Shown one piece after another: positions 9,853 to 18,831 of a stretch of DNA of 64,000 nucleotides. Source of the DNA: an uncultured virus (IMG/VR IMGVR_UViG_3300009512_000012) (lineage: Duplodnaviria; Heunggongvirae; Uroviricota; Caudoviricetes); IMG/VR virus record IMGVR_UViG_3300009512_000012. One strand, 5' to 3'. The stretch's first letter is position 1, and each line of letters starts with the position of its first letter. Both the position numbers and the translations under genes were made by a program. Under the pieces are notes generated by a model, which saw nothing but the letters and a program-made list of their open reading frames with translations, was not told the DNA's origin and searched no databases.

Positions 9853-10532
9853 TGGCAAGAAGTAATTTATTAGACATAGGTGCTATTTCAAGCATCTTAA
9901 TATATCTCGCAAAAGGCAGAGATGGTGGTTATGCATCTCCAAGTAGATATGAAGTTGTAATCACACAACCACCAAAGTTACCAGGCAATACAGATGTCCT
10001 AAGAGAGATTAATATGGAAACAACTCAAGTTTCATTTCCAGGTATGACCCTTGAAGTACAAGAAGATGTTAATATCTATGGCCCTGTTCGTAAAGTTGTA
10101 ACTGGTCAAACATTTTCAGAAGTATCTACACAAATTCGTTTATCAGCAGATTTAAAAGAAAGAAATTATATCGATAGTTGGCAGAGAATGGGTGCAAACA
10201 GACAAGACTTTTCCGTTGGTTACTATGATGACTATGTTGGTCAAATGGAAATATATCAATTAGATAAAAGAAATAGAAGAACTCATGGTGTTAGATTATT
10301 AGAATGTTATCCACAATCCGTAGCAGAAATTGGTCTTGACTATGCAACAAATAATTCATTGTCCTTTATGAATGTAACATGGGCATATAGATATTGGATA
10401 AACTTAACTGATGAATCACAATTACCTCAATCTTTCTTAGAAGAGGTAGGTCAATTAGTTGGTGGGTTTGTCAAAAGAGAGATTGCTGGTAATTTACCAC
10501 CAGTTATTAGAAGATTGAAAAACAATCTTTAA
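9852..10532 (+). CDS. gp54: baseplate tail-tube initiator (gp54/gp19-like)
   Basis: Tube-fold motifs YYDDYVG.MEIYQLD, LLECYP, VTWAYRYW; synteny. Confidence 0.7.
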   Translation: MARSNLLDIGAISSILIYLAKGRDGGYASPSRYEVVITQPPKLPGNTDVLREINMETTQVSFPGMTLEVQEDVNIYGPVRKVVTGQTFSEVSTQIRLSADLKERNYIDSWQRMGANRQDFSVGYYDDYVGQMEIYQLDKRNRRTHGVRLLECYPQSVAEIGLDYATNNSLSFMNVTWAYRYWINLTDESQLPQSFLEEVGQLVGGFVKREIAGNLPPVIRRLKNNL

Positions 10533-10564
10533 TTAAATAATGCAATTTATTATAGGAGTATATC

Positions 10565-11260
10565 ATGGCATTACCAGTACTAAACACACCAAAATATAAT
10601 TTGGTGTTGCCTTCGACAGGCAGAGAGATTGAATTTAGACCTTTTCTTATGAAAGAGCAAAAGATTCTTATGTTGGCTCAACAAAGTGAAAGTTCAAAAA
10701 TGATATCAAAATCAACAATGGATATTATCAAAGCATGTACGTTTGATACTGTAAACGAAAAAAATCCTTTATTTGACATCGAATATGTGTTTTTAAACAT
10801 ACGAGCAAAGTCTGTGGGTGAAACAGTAAGTCTTACTATGACATGCCCAGATGACAAAAAAACTAAAGTTACTGTAGATGTTAATCTAGAAGAAATACAA
10901 GTACAAATCACAAAAAATCATTCTACTGATATAAATATTGGAGACGGTATTAAAATGGTGATGGGTTATCCTACTATTAAGGATATTGACTTCTCTACAA
11001 AAGATGACCCAGATGCAGCCTTTAAGGTTATTAGAGCCTGTGTCAAAGAAATACACAATGGTGATGAAATAAGTAAAAGAAGTGATTTTAGCGATAAAGA
11101 GTTAGATGAGTTTATGGATTCATTTAACAGTGTACAGTTTGAGAAAACTATGGAATTTTTTAACACTATGCCTAAACTAAGACATACGATAGAATTAAAA
11201 AATCCTAAGACTAAAAAGACATCAAACGTTGTGTTGGAGGGTCTCGATAGTTTTTTTTAA
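10565..11260 (+). CDS. gp26: baseplate hub subunit gp26
   Basis: MALP..NTPKY.L.LPS, FRPFLMKEQK, FDIEYVFLNIRAKSVGE motifs. Confidence 0.9.
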   Translation: MALPVLNTPKYNLVLPSTGREIEFRPFLMKEQKILMLAQQSESSKMISKSTMDIIKACTFDTVNEKNPLFDIEYVFLNIRAKSVGETVSLTMTCPDDKKTKVTVDVNLEEIQVQITKNHSTDINIGDGIKMVMGYPTIKDIDFSTKDDPDAAFKVIRACVKEIHNGDEISKRSDFSDKELDEFMDSFNSVQFEKTMEFFNTMPKLRHTIELKNPKTKKTSNVVLEGLDSFF

Positions 11261-11451
11261 TATGCCTTTCTCATGATAGTGTGGAAAACTACATGTCAAC
11301 TAATTTTAACATGATGCAACACCACAAGTATAGTTTGACAGAATTAGAAAATATGATGCCATGGGAAAGAGAAATCTACGTTAAACTTTTAATCCAATGG
11401 TTAAAAGACGAAGAGATGAGAATTAAGGCAGAAAATAGAAAACAAGGATAG
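11251..11451 (+). CDS. gp51: baseplate hub assembly protein gp51 (first ATG 11293; frame opens at 11251)
   Basis: NFNMMQHHKYSLTELENMMPWEREIY; not in the ORF track. Confidence 0.85.
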   Translation, partial: FFLICLSHDSVENYMSTNFNMMQHHKYSLTELENMMPWEREIYVKLLIQWLKDEEMRIKAENRKQG

Positions 11452-11455
11452 TAAA

Positions 11456-11746
11456 ATGGTCGAAACAAAAAAAGTAAACCTAGAGTTAGAAATTGATACA
11501 AGTACAGTTGATTCTAGTAAAAATAAGTATCAGGGTTTAATCGACCTTGCTAGAGCAGTAGATGCTTGGAGAATATTTCCAAGACTATTCTTATCTGTCT
11601 ATATTGTATTGTTATACAAGTGTGTTATTTGGTATATGAACTTGTCTGCTCCTACTATGGAACAATCGGGTTTAATAAGTATTGTTGTAGGTGCTGGAGC
11701 CGCATGGTTTGGTTTATATACTGGTACAAGTAAAGGAAAGAAATAA
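11456..11746 (+). CDS. small two-TM membrane protein
   Basis: WRIFPRLF followed by two hydrophobic helices. Confidence 0.65.
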   Translation: MVETKKVNLELEIDTSTVDSSKNKYQGLIDLARAVDAWRIFPRLFLSVYIVLLYKCVIWYMNLSAPTMEQSGLISIVVGAGAAWFGLYTGTSKGKK

Positions 11747-12171
11747 TGGCAAAATTAGGTGACCAAACAGACTTTAGTTACAGAGTAAGCAAAGTAACAA
11801 AAGTTGTTGATGGTGATACAATAGATGTTATCATTGATTTAGGATTTGATATCATGTATAAAAGTAGAGTTAGACTATTTGGTATTGATACACCAGAAAG
11901 TAGAACTAGAGATTTAGTAGAAAAGAAATATGGTTTATTATCTAAAGAGTTTTTAAAGACACAACTTAAAGAAGGTAAGATTGTTATTAAGACACATAAA
12001 GATGAAGAGACAGGTAAGTTTGGTAGAATACTAGGCGAAATCTTTGTTGATGGTGTAAATGTCAATCAATTAATGTGTGATGAAGGACATGCTGTTTTGT
12101 ATGAAGGCCAAAACAAAGCAGACATAGAAGATTTACACCTAAGAAATAGAAGTATTCATAAGGTAGACTAA
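11746..12171 (+). CDS. staphylococcal nuclease (thermonuclease)-like protein
   Basis: VVDGDTIDV, VRLFGIDTPE, KFGRILG motifs. Confidence 0.9.
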   Translation: MAKLGDQTDFSYRVSKVTKVVDGDTIDVIIDLGFDIMYKSRVRLFGIDTPESRTRDLVEKKYGLLSKEFLKTQLKEGKIVIKTHKDEETGKFGRILGEIFVDGVNVNQLMCDEGHAVLYEGQNKADIEDLHLRNRSIHKVD

Positions 12172-13916
12172 TGGCTGAAAAAGACGTAATAAAAGGACAA
12201 GAGAAAATGTCCAAAGGACAAGAGAAAATGTCTGATATCCTTTTAAAGATGAAAGGTATCGATGAAAAGCGTCTTGCGAAAATCGAACAACAAAATGAAT
12301 TATTTAAAGAAAGACAAACAACACTAGACGAACAAAAAGCACAACTAGAATCATTAGGTTTAACTGCATCAGAAAATAAAGAATTTAGTCAAGCACAAAA
12401 TAAACTAACTCAACAAAAAACTAAGTTTGAAGCACAACAAACTCAAGAAATTAATCGAAAAACTTTTGGTGAAAAAGTTAAAGATAGAGCAGGTAGTATT
12501 AAAAACTTTGAAGGATTAAAAGATTCTATTGGGAATTTAGGTAAAGGTCTCGCAAAAGGTATTGGTGGATTCTTTAATAATCTTGGTGGAAAAGGTTTGG
12601 CTGGTCTTAAAACTGTTTTAGCAACAGCAGCCATTACCGGATTTTTAATTGCTACTATCGCTTTCTTAAATAGTGAATATTGGGAAACCACAAAAGACTT
12701 TATTGTAAACGATATGTTACCTGTTGTTCTTAAATTTAAAGACTTTTTAGTAAATAAATTATTTCCAGCAGTAGGAAGTTTTTTTGGTGCCTTTGGAGAT
12801 TTTGCAGACGAATTAGAAAAATTCAAAGAAGACCCAAGTGTTGAAAATGCTAAAGGATTGCTTAAACCTGCAGGTACAATTGCATTAGGCCTTGGTGCTT
12901 TGTCATTAATATTTGCACCATTTAAAACAATAGGTTTAGCAACAAGTGCCGTAGGAAAGGCTGGAGCAGGTTTAGTTAGTATATTTAGTAAAGGTGGTGT
13001 TATTGCTAGCAGTTTAAGTAAGGTTGGTGGTGGTATTTCAATAGCAGCTAGAGCGGCCGCCACAGGAGCAAGATTCCTACCTGTCGTAGGTCAAGTCTTA
13101 ACAGCCGCAATAGGTATCTTTGGTGGAGCAAAAGCAGCTATACAAGAAGTTAAAGATGGTGGAAGTTTTGGTGATGCATTAAAAGCAGGCATCGGTGGTG
13201 CCATTGATATATTGTCTTTTGGTTTTATTAAACAAGAAAAAATTGAAGAACTATTAACTAAAGGTACTGATTTTACTAAAGATTTAGGTATAAAGATTAA
13301 AGGTATATTTACAGACCTTATGGCAAGTCTACCAACATGGGATGATATATCTGCAAAAATTGGCGATGGTATGGATTTTGTTTCTGATTTTGTTCAATCT
13401 TTTTTAGATTTAATACCCACATTTGAAGACATCAAAGCATTACTTCCTAGTCCAAAAGAAATAATTGATAAAGTTTCAAGTGGTATTGGTGACTTCTTCA
13501 CATTTGGTGATAATGAAAAAAGAAAAGAAGGTAATACAAGTAAACGTGGTAAAGGTGTTGGTGGTAAAAAAGAAGTATTGGGTGAACCAGTTACAACATT
13601 GACAACAACAGAAAAAGATTTTTTTGGTAATGCTAGAAATACTGTCATACATAAAGCATCCGAATCAGAAAATGCTTTTAGTAATTCTATTAAACCAGAT
13701 GCAACTTTAAAAACATCAACAAATCCAAATAATATGAGTGGAGCATTAGATGCGATGCAACGAATGACTAAAGAAAATGCTAGTCAACAAGTTGTCTCAC
13801 CTCCTATTATTATTAACAATTCAGATAATTCTCAAAAATCTGAAACTAAAAATACTTTTCAAGAATCTATTGTAGATAACAATGGCGTACTACAAGCCGC
13901 AGGCGTCTATTTCTAA
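12171..13916 (+). CDS. tape measure / baseplate hub protein (gp29-like)
   Basis: 581 aa; coiled-coil N-terminus, Gly/Ala-rich hydrophobic middle; follows gp26/gp51. Confidence 0.65.
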   Translation: MAEKDVIKGQEKMSKGQEKMSDILLKMKGIDEKRLAKIEQQNELFKERQTTLDEQKAQLESLGLTASENKEFSQAQNKLTQQKTKFEAQQTQEINRKTFGEKVKDRAGSIKNFEGLKDSIGNLGKGLAKGIGGFFNNLGGKGLAGLKTVLATAAITGFLIATIAFLNSEYWETTKDFIVNDMLPVVLKFKDFLVNKLFPAVGSFFGAFGDFADELEKFKEDPSVENAKGLLKPAGTIALGLGALSLIFAPFKTIGLATSAVGKAGAGLVSIFSKGGVIASSLSKVGGGISIAARAAATGARFLPVVGQVLTAAIGIFGGAKAAIQEVKDGGSFGDALKAGIGGAIDILSFGFIKQEKIEELLTKGTDFTKDLGIKIKGIFTDLMASLPTWDDISAKIGDGMDFVSDFVQSFLDLIPTFEDIKALLPSPKEIIDKVSSGIGDFFTFGDNEKRKEGNTSKRGKGVGGKKEVLGEPVTTLTTTEKDFFGNARNTVIHKASESENAFSNSIKPDATLKTSTNPNNMSGALDAMQRMTKENASQQVVSPPIIINNSDNSQKSETKNTFQESIVDNNGVLQAAGVYF

Positions 13917-13917
13917 A

Positions 13918-13943
13918 TAAAAAAAAGGGCGCCTAAGCGCCCT
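13918..13943. terminator. intrinsic terminator between convergent genes
   Basis: AGGGCGC-ctaa-GCGCCCT hairpin with an A8 run (U-tract on the minus strand). Confidence 0.85.
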
Positions 13944-13969
13944 CTCTCTAAGACTATAATTAAAATTAA

Positions 13970-14281
13970 TTATGCATATATGCCATCAAGTGCAGCTAAA
14001 CCTGCAGCGATGATTTCTTTGGAAGGTTTTCCAATTCTGTATGACGTTCCGTTCTTTACGGATTTGTTTGCATACACACAGTGACCTTCTTCACGTAGTT
14101 TTTCTACTACTGCTCTAGGTCTTGCAAGAGCAAAGTTTGCCTTTGCTTCTGACCAAGTTACTTTGTCGCCTCTTAATAGTGCATTAAGAAACTTTGTTGA
14201 GTTTGCTAGTTTTTTTCTTCCCATGATATTCTCCTTTTTGTTATCAATTGTTGATTCTAGTGTTTTGAAAAAGTTAATCAT
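13970..14281 (-). CDS. small winged-helix DNA-binding protein
   Basis: PRAVVEKLREEGHCVY HTH-like segment; two in-frame starts (14281, 14224), each with AAGGAG. Confidence 0.6.
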   Translation of the reverse strand: MINFFKTLESTIDNKKENIMGRKKLANSTKFLNALLRGDKVTWSEAKANFALARPRAVVEKLREEGHCVYANKSVKNGTSYRIGKPSKEIIAAGLAALDGIYA

Positions 14282-14312
14282 TATGATTACTCCTTATTTG
14301 TTTATTAATATT

Positions 14313-14341
14313 AATATACCATAAACAATGGACATTGTCAA
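14313..14341 (-). promoter_or_regulatory. sigma70-type early promoter
   Basis: TTGACA-N17-TATATT with extended TG. Confidence 0.75.
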
Positions 14342-14376
14342 CACCCTTTTTACAGGGTGCGACAATCTTGACCAGA

Positions 14377-15264
14377 TTAGTTATTTGCTAACTTCTCGAA
14401 ATAAGTCATTGTTTCGTCAGTGTCCTCATCCGTTGCAGCCGCAGAAGGTATCTCTTTAGGGGATACTTCTTTTGGTTGAGCAGGTTTGGATTCAGCAATA
14501 TCATCTGTGACATTACCGACCGATACTGTACCAGAAAGTACAACATCTAGACGTGTTTTCAATTCCTCATATGATTTAAAGTTAGATGTAGCAGTAAAAT
14601 CAGAAAGTGCATATGCTTTTTGACATACTGTTTCTGTCTTTGCTTCATCTTCAAATAACTTAGAAGGTGCTTCGAACTCTGATTTATCATAATTCCAATA
14701 GCCATCTACTTTGCGAATTTTCAGTTTGAAGTTCGCACCAGAGAATGGGTCAAATGGATTGATAGGTGATTCGTCTTCAAACTCTGGTTGCATTGCAGCC
14801 AAAAGTTTGTCGTAGATTTTCTTACCATATTTGAATAAGAATACCTTACCTTCGTTATCTGGGTGTTTTGGGTCACTCACAACATAAACGTTAGAGTAGT
14901 ATGATAACTTTCTCTTTTGTTTACGAGCGATTTCTTTATCAGATTCAACACCTGTATTCCACAATTTAGAATTGTATTCTGATACAGGGTCTTTTGAACC
15001 GACAGTTGTAAGTGAGTTCTCAATAAACCATTGACCCGTTGGGCCTTGGAATGCATGAGAGTATACCTTTGCCCAAGGTAAATCTTCACCATGAACGGAA
15101 GGTAGGAATCTTAGAACAGCGTATCCGTTACCAGACTTATCTAATTCAGGTTTCCACAACCTTTCATCAGTGTATGATTTCTTTTCTTGGGGTTGGTTTT
15201 CCTCCTTGACAGCACCAAGTAGTTTGTCAAGTGAGTTATTCTTTCGAATTGTATCGATAGTCAT
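14377..15264 (-). CDS. gp32: single-stranded DNA-binding protein gp32
   Basis: DERLWKP.LDKSGNGYAVLRFLP, GANFKLKIRKVDGYWNYDKSEF, acidic tail. Confidence 0.96.
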   Translation of the reverse strand: MTIDTIRKNNSLDKLLGAVKEENQPQEKKSYTDERLWKPELDKSGNGYAVLRFLPSVHGEDLPWAKVYSHAFQGPTGQWFIENSLTTVGSKDPVSEYNSKLWNTGVESDKEIARKQKRKLSYYSNVYVVSDPKHPDNEGKVFLFKYGKKIYDKLLAAMQPEFEDESPINPFDPFSGANFKLKIRKVDGYWNYDKSEFEAPSKLFEDEAKTETVCQKAYALSDFTATSNFKSYEELKTRLDVVLSGTVSVGNVTDDIAESKPAQPKEVSPKEIPSAAATDEDTDETMTYFEKLANN

Positions 15265-16043
15265 CGTATGTCTCCTATGTTAGCGTATGTTAATAGATTT
15301 ACATTATCTAGTCTTTTGGCAGTATCCACAATATCGTGTTTATGCCCGACCCAATTAAATTTAACATCTGAATATTTTCTAAATGTCATATGTAATTGAA
15401 GTCTCCAATTGACAGGGTTGAATCCTTTTGCTGTTGAAGGCAAGTAATTCTTACTGTCCTTGTATATATTATTTATACTATCGTCATAAGACGAAAAGTC
15501 AAATCCAAACATATACACTTCACTCGCACCATTTTGACAAGCAAGATTAACTGCTGTACTTCCAGCAGACCAATCTCTAGGGTTGTAAATTGGTACTATT
15601 AGGTCTTTCGATTCATTATTGTAAATGATATGAAGACCTAAATCTTTTTTCACTTTTAGTTCCAAATCGTCTGGGTCTAAATGTGGGAATCCTTTTTTAA
15701 TTAAATTAATTTTATTGTTCACAACTGTTTCATGTGAACCATTAATAACGCATGTTCCTAAATCAAATCCGTATGTGTGTCTATCTTCTTCTTTAAAATC
15801 ATGATTGAAACTCTCTAACATAAATGGGTCACTAGGAACTGGGTTCCAATCAGTAAACCAACATTTATATTGTTTTACATAATCACTATCATAGACTTCG
15901 CCTTGCATTCCATAATCAACGACAACTAAGTTATCGACTGGTGTGTCTCGATAGATTGCATTACAACCCCATGAGACACCACCGTAATTCGATACTTTAA
16001 AGCCCTTACGACTTTCGCCGTTTCCATAAACAAAATGTTTCAA
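15261..16043 (-). CDS. conserved phage protein (GNGESR/GCNA family)
   Basis: GNGESRKG, GCNAIYRD, SAGSTA, YMFGFD motifs; function uncertain. Confidence 0.55.
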   Translation of the reverse strand: MKHFVYGNGESRKGFKVSNYGGVSWGCNAIYRDTPVDNLVVVDYGMQGEVYDSDYVKQYKCWFTDWNPVPSDPFMLESFNHDFKEEDRHTYGFDLGTCVINGSHETVVNNKINLIKKGFPHLDPDDLELKVKKDLGLHIIYNNESKDLIVPIYNPRDWSAGSTAVNLACQNGASEVYMFGFDFSSYDDSINNIYKDSKNYLPSTAKGFNPVNWRLQLHMTFRKYSDVKFNWVGHKHDIVDTAKRLDNVNLLTYANIGDIR

Positions 16044-16045
16044 TA

Positions 16046-16273
16046 TTATCTCGTTGATGAATTGTAAGTATTTGTCTTTTTGACAAATGGTTTTTTGAAT
16101 GGACGATTAGTAATTTTTGCAAATTTCTGACCGAGGTCACTCAATTGCCTTTGATATAAGGCACAATCAAATTCTAATTCTTTGACTGTTTCTTCCAAAG
16201 ATATTATTCTTTGTTTTGCAAGTTCAAGTTCATCGACACCTGCGTTTTCTAAGGCTTGTTTCAAATCATTCAT
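16046..16273 (-). CDS. hypothetical coiled-coil protein
   Basis: 75 aa ORF coupled to gp59. Confidence 0.6.
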   Translation of the reverse strand: MNDLKQALENAGVDELELAKQRIISLEETVKELEFDCALYQRQLSDLGQKFAKITNRPFKKPFVKKTNTYNSSTR

Positions 16274-16841
16274 GATTAGATTCCTTTACTGCGTTAATTA
16301 AAGCTACTTTACACTTATTCTTGTCTATTGTCAAGAACTTTTTATAATTATTTAAGATTTTTTTTATATCTTTCCAAATCATATCATTGTCTTTCCAATT
16401 CTTTTGAAAATGCGTCAATTCGTCTAATATAATCATTGTTTCCATTGATATTCTTTTACCTAGATATTCTCTTAATAATAGTGGGTGTGTATCTTCCCAT
16501 TTAAATAATTCTTCAAACCTATTAGCATAAGGTTCTATTTCATTGATAAATGTGTATGATAAAGACTGTGTTTTTCTTTTCCAATCTATATAAACATCAT
16601 CCTCAAACTTACCGACCCAGCCACCCTTACATGCGACATAATTGGACACTAGATAGTTTTCTATCTCTTCCTTTGTTTGATACTTTCTGGCTAATCGTGC
16701 AAAAAAGAATCTGTCTTTTCTTTTATAGTAACTATCTCTTTTTATTTTTGTTTTCCCACCATATTGATGGTAATCGTAATTCTCTCTACTAAAATGTGCT
16801 TTTAAAGCACAATACATTAAATAGACATCAGCCGCTTCCAT
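16266..16841 (-). CDS. gp59: helicase loader gp59
   Basis: YLMYCALKAHF..YDY..YGGK, KRKDRFFF motifs. Confidence 0.9.
   Translation of the reverse strand: MEAADVYLMYCALKAHFSRENYDYHQYGGKTKIKRDSYYKRKDRFFFARLARKYQTKEEIENYLVSNYVACKGGWVGKFEDDVYIDWKRKTQSLSYTFINEIEPYANRFEELFKWEDTHPLLLREYLGKRISMETMIILDELTHFQKNWKDNDMIWKDIKKILNNYKKFLTIDKNKCKVALINAVKESNHE
16306..16334 (-). promoter_or_regulatory. intragenic sigma70-type promoter upstream of the gp32 block
   Basis: TTGACA-N17-TAAAGT inside the 3' end of gp59. Confidence 0.55.
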
Positions 16842-17080
16842 TAAACGGGCAATTTACCTACACCAACATTATTATCACTTATCAGTAAATTTAATTCTCT
16901 AGCATTGACTTCAATTTTATCTTTTAGTCCTTTTGTAATTAACTTTTTAACACTCTCTACTTCTAGTGAATTTTTATCACAGTAATATAGTATTGCATCC
17001 AAGTGTGTCATTCTCTTTTCTGATGCTAACTTTTCTATTTCTAATGAAAAGATTTTTGGTGTCTTTTTAAATAAGTCCAT
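16841..17080 (-). CDS. gp33: late transcription coactivator gp33
   Basis: FSLEIEK...LDAILYYC...LKDKIEVNARELN; synteny with gp59. Confidence 0.85.
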   Translation of the reverse strand: MDLFKKTPKIFSLEIEKLASEKRMTHLDAILYYCDKNSLEVESVKKLITKGLKDKIEVNARELNLLISDNNVGVGKLPV

Positions 17081-17278
17081 TTATATTTTCTCCATAGTAT
17101 CTAACAATGTTTGTTCTGGTCTTCTCATCATTAAGTTTTTATAATTGTATTCTAATATATCGTAATTGTCAACAACTAATTGTTTTAAATCAATTGTACT
17201 TAAATGTGATACTAACTTAATGATGGCATTCATTCTTTTATTAGTATCTCGTATTTCATCATAACTTTCATCCCACAT
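17081..17278 (-). CDS. hypothetical protein
   Basis: 65 aa ORF in operon. Confidence 0.5.
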   Translation of the reverse strand: MWDESYDEIRDTNKRMNAIIKLVSHLSTIDLKQLVVDNYDILEYNYKNLMMRRPEQTLLDTMEKI

Positions 17279-17291
17279 ATGGTTAAAAGTT

Positions 17292-17588
17292 TTATATCCT
17301 ATCAGTTATAGACATATAATCTATTTCTTGAGAACTTGATAAAAATAGATACTCATCATCTTCTAATTTAACATCAATAATAGGATTGTATTGTAAAAAA
17401 TAATGTAGAGAATGCCCAATACTACACCATACTATTTTTTTATCTGCAAATGGTTTAAATAATTCTTTTACTTTAACATGTTCCCTACTACTACCAAGTA
17501 TAAAATCAGAATTGTTATTTTGATTGACATTGCTACGGTCAGAATGTTTTAGTGTTCTAGCAGAATGTTTATTGTTAATAAATCTCAT
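17292..17588 (-). CDS. hypothetical protein
   Basis: 98 aa ORF downstream of the tmRNA. Confidence 0.5.
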   Translation of the reverse strand: MRFINNKHSARTLKHSDRSNVNQNNNSDFILGSSREHVKVKELFKPFADKKIVWCSIGHSLHYFLQYNPIIDVKLEDDEYLFLSSSQEIDYMSITDRI

Positions 17589-17597
17589 TATAAATTT

Positions 17598-17815
17598 TAT
17601 AGGGCTTTCTGTTGCCAGGTGCCCTAAACCCCGGGTGCCTAATTAGGCAGCCATTGCATACTCATATTGGTCTGCGTGTAAAAATGAACTCTCGGTTAGG
17701 ATACTTACTATTAGTCAATCCTATTTCACCCCCTAAATCGAGGTTTAAACTATGGTGGAGGTGGAGGGTACTGCCCCCTCGTCCTCAATAGCGTTTTACA
17801 GAACTTCAACGAATT
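17598..17815 (-). ncRNA. ssrA: two-piece (permuted) tmRNA, alphaproteobacterial type; tag (A)ADQYEYAMAA*
   Basis: Acceptor piece ends GAGGG-GGCAGTA-CCCTC-CACCTCCACCA at 17753; 19 nt spacer; coding piece starts GGGGGTGAAATAGGATTGAC at 17733; G3:U70; tag ORF 17675..17643; 3' CACCTGGCAACAGAA. Confidence 0.9.
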
Positions 17816-17821
17816 CAAGTA

Positions 17822-17852
17822 TATTTATACCATACTTGAATGTGAAAGTCAA
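17822..17852 (-). promoter_or_regulatory. composite early/late promoter of the tmRNA
   Basis: TTGACT-N17-TATAAA whose -10 box is also TATAAATA. Confidence 0.75.
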
Positions 17853-17855
17853 GGG

Positions 17856-18089
17856 TTAAATTGGTGGTTGTTCTTCTAAAATCATAGGACGCCATTCTGT
17901 GTAATTTTCAATCAATTCAGCCTCAATACACGATAACTCTAAATTTACATCTGATAATTCGTTAGAAAAGTTATATCTTGCGTATTCACAATAAGCTTGA
18001 CTGTTATACTTAAAACCCGATGCAATATTGATGCATTGGTTACCCATTGGCCCTAAACATAGAAATCCTATTAAAAAATATGTTGTCAT
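17856..18089 (-). CDS. small Cys-containing hypothetical protein
   Basis: 77 aa; hydrophobic N-terminus; 4 Cys. Confidence 0.55.
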   Translation of the reverse strand: MTTYFLIGFLCLGPMGNQCINIASGFKYNSQAYCEYARYNFSNELSDVNLELSCIEAELIENYTEWRPMILEEQPPI

Positions 18090-18157
18090 ATTACTATTTA
18101 TGTTCTTTTGTAATCAAATGTCATACAATGCAGTCCACCATCCCACATTCTTCAAGT

Positions 18158-18817
18158 TTACCGTACTCTGTCGAAATCATTTCTTACATCCTTTAACATT
18201 TCAATGTACTTAGGGTCTTTATTTTTAACAAACTCTTGAACAGTACCATCCTCTGTTACAACAAGAATCACTATTTGATTGATTGGTGTACCAGTTCTTT
18301 CTTCATACATTTCAGCATATGCTGATGCTTGAATATAATAGTTCTCATTGTATTCATCGTTTCGTTCTTTTTTTGAAGTTTTAAAATCTACGATAGATAG
18401 AACACCATCGTACTCTGCGATACAATCTACTCGACCTGCAACTTTCAATGTATCTGAATATAAACCACATTCTTGAAAGTGTATATTATTAATTCTTTTT
18501 TCTAGGACAGGTTTCAATTGACCAAACAAACATGTTGCTAAGAAATTACTTTTATCATATTCTTGATTGTTTAAAAAGTCTTCACACATGTGGTGAACTT
18601 TTGTACCTCTTGCAGCTGCAGTTCTAGCAACATAGTTAGCAACTTCTTCGCCAACTCGTTTACGCCACTCAAATAGTCCTTTTTTATTTCTATTTGATAA
18701 TACAGTTGTAATAGACGGGTATTTTTCGCCCTCAGGCGTTACATAGTATCTTTTCTTATCAATCGTTTCAGTAGTAAGTTCTGGTAGTTCTTTCAAGTCC
18801 ACATGATTAAATGTCAT
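18158..18817 (-). CDS. PD-(D/E)xK exonuclease (Cas4-like, T4-type)
   Basis: YPSITTVL, RGTKVH, AGRVDCIAEYDG..SIVDFKTS, Q..AYA motifs. Confidence 0.88.
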   Translation of the reverse strand: MTFNHVDLKELPELTTETIDKKRYYVTPEGEKYPSITTVLSNRNKKGLFEWRKRVGEEVANYVARTAAARGTKVHHMCEDFLNNQEYDKSNFLATCLFGQLKPVLEKRINNIHFQECGLYSDTLKVAGRVDCIAEYDGVLSIVDFKTSKKERNDEYNENYYIQASAYAEMYEERTGTPINQIVILVVTEDGTVQEFVKNKDPKYIEMLKDVRNDFDRVR

Positions 18818-18831
18818 TATATATCCTTTGT

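Noticed and set aside
12192..12232. 21 bp tandem duplication (KGQEKMS x2)
   Set aside because: Two in-frame copies only; simple slippage, not a CRISPR or functional array.
12443..13063. 206 aa minus-strand ORF
   Set aside because: Antisense to the Gly/Ala-rich tape-measure-like gene.
18158..18817. Cas4-like nuclease suggesting CRISPR
   Set aside because: A standard T4-like exonuclease; no repeat-spacer array or other cas genes seen in the window.
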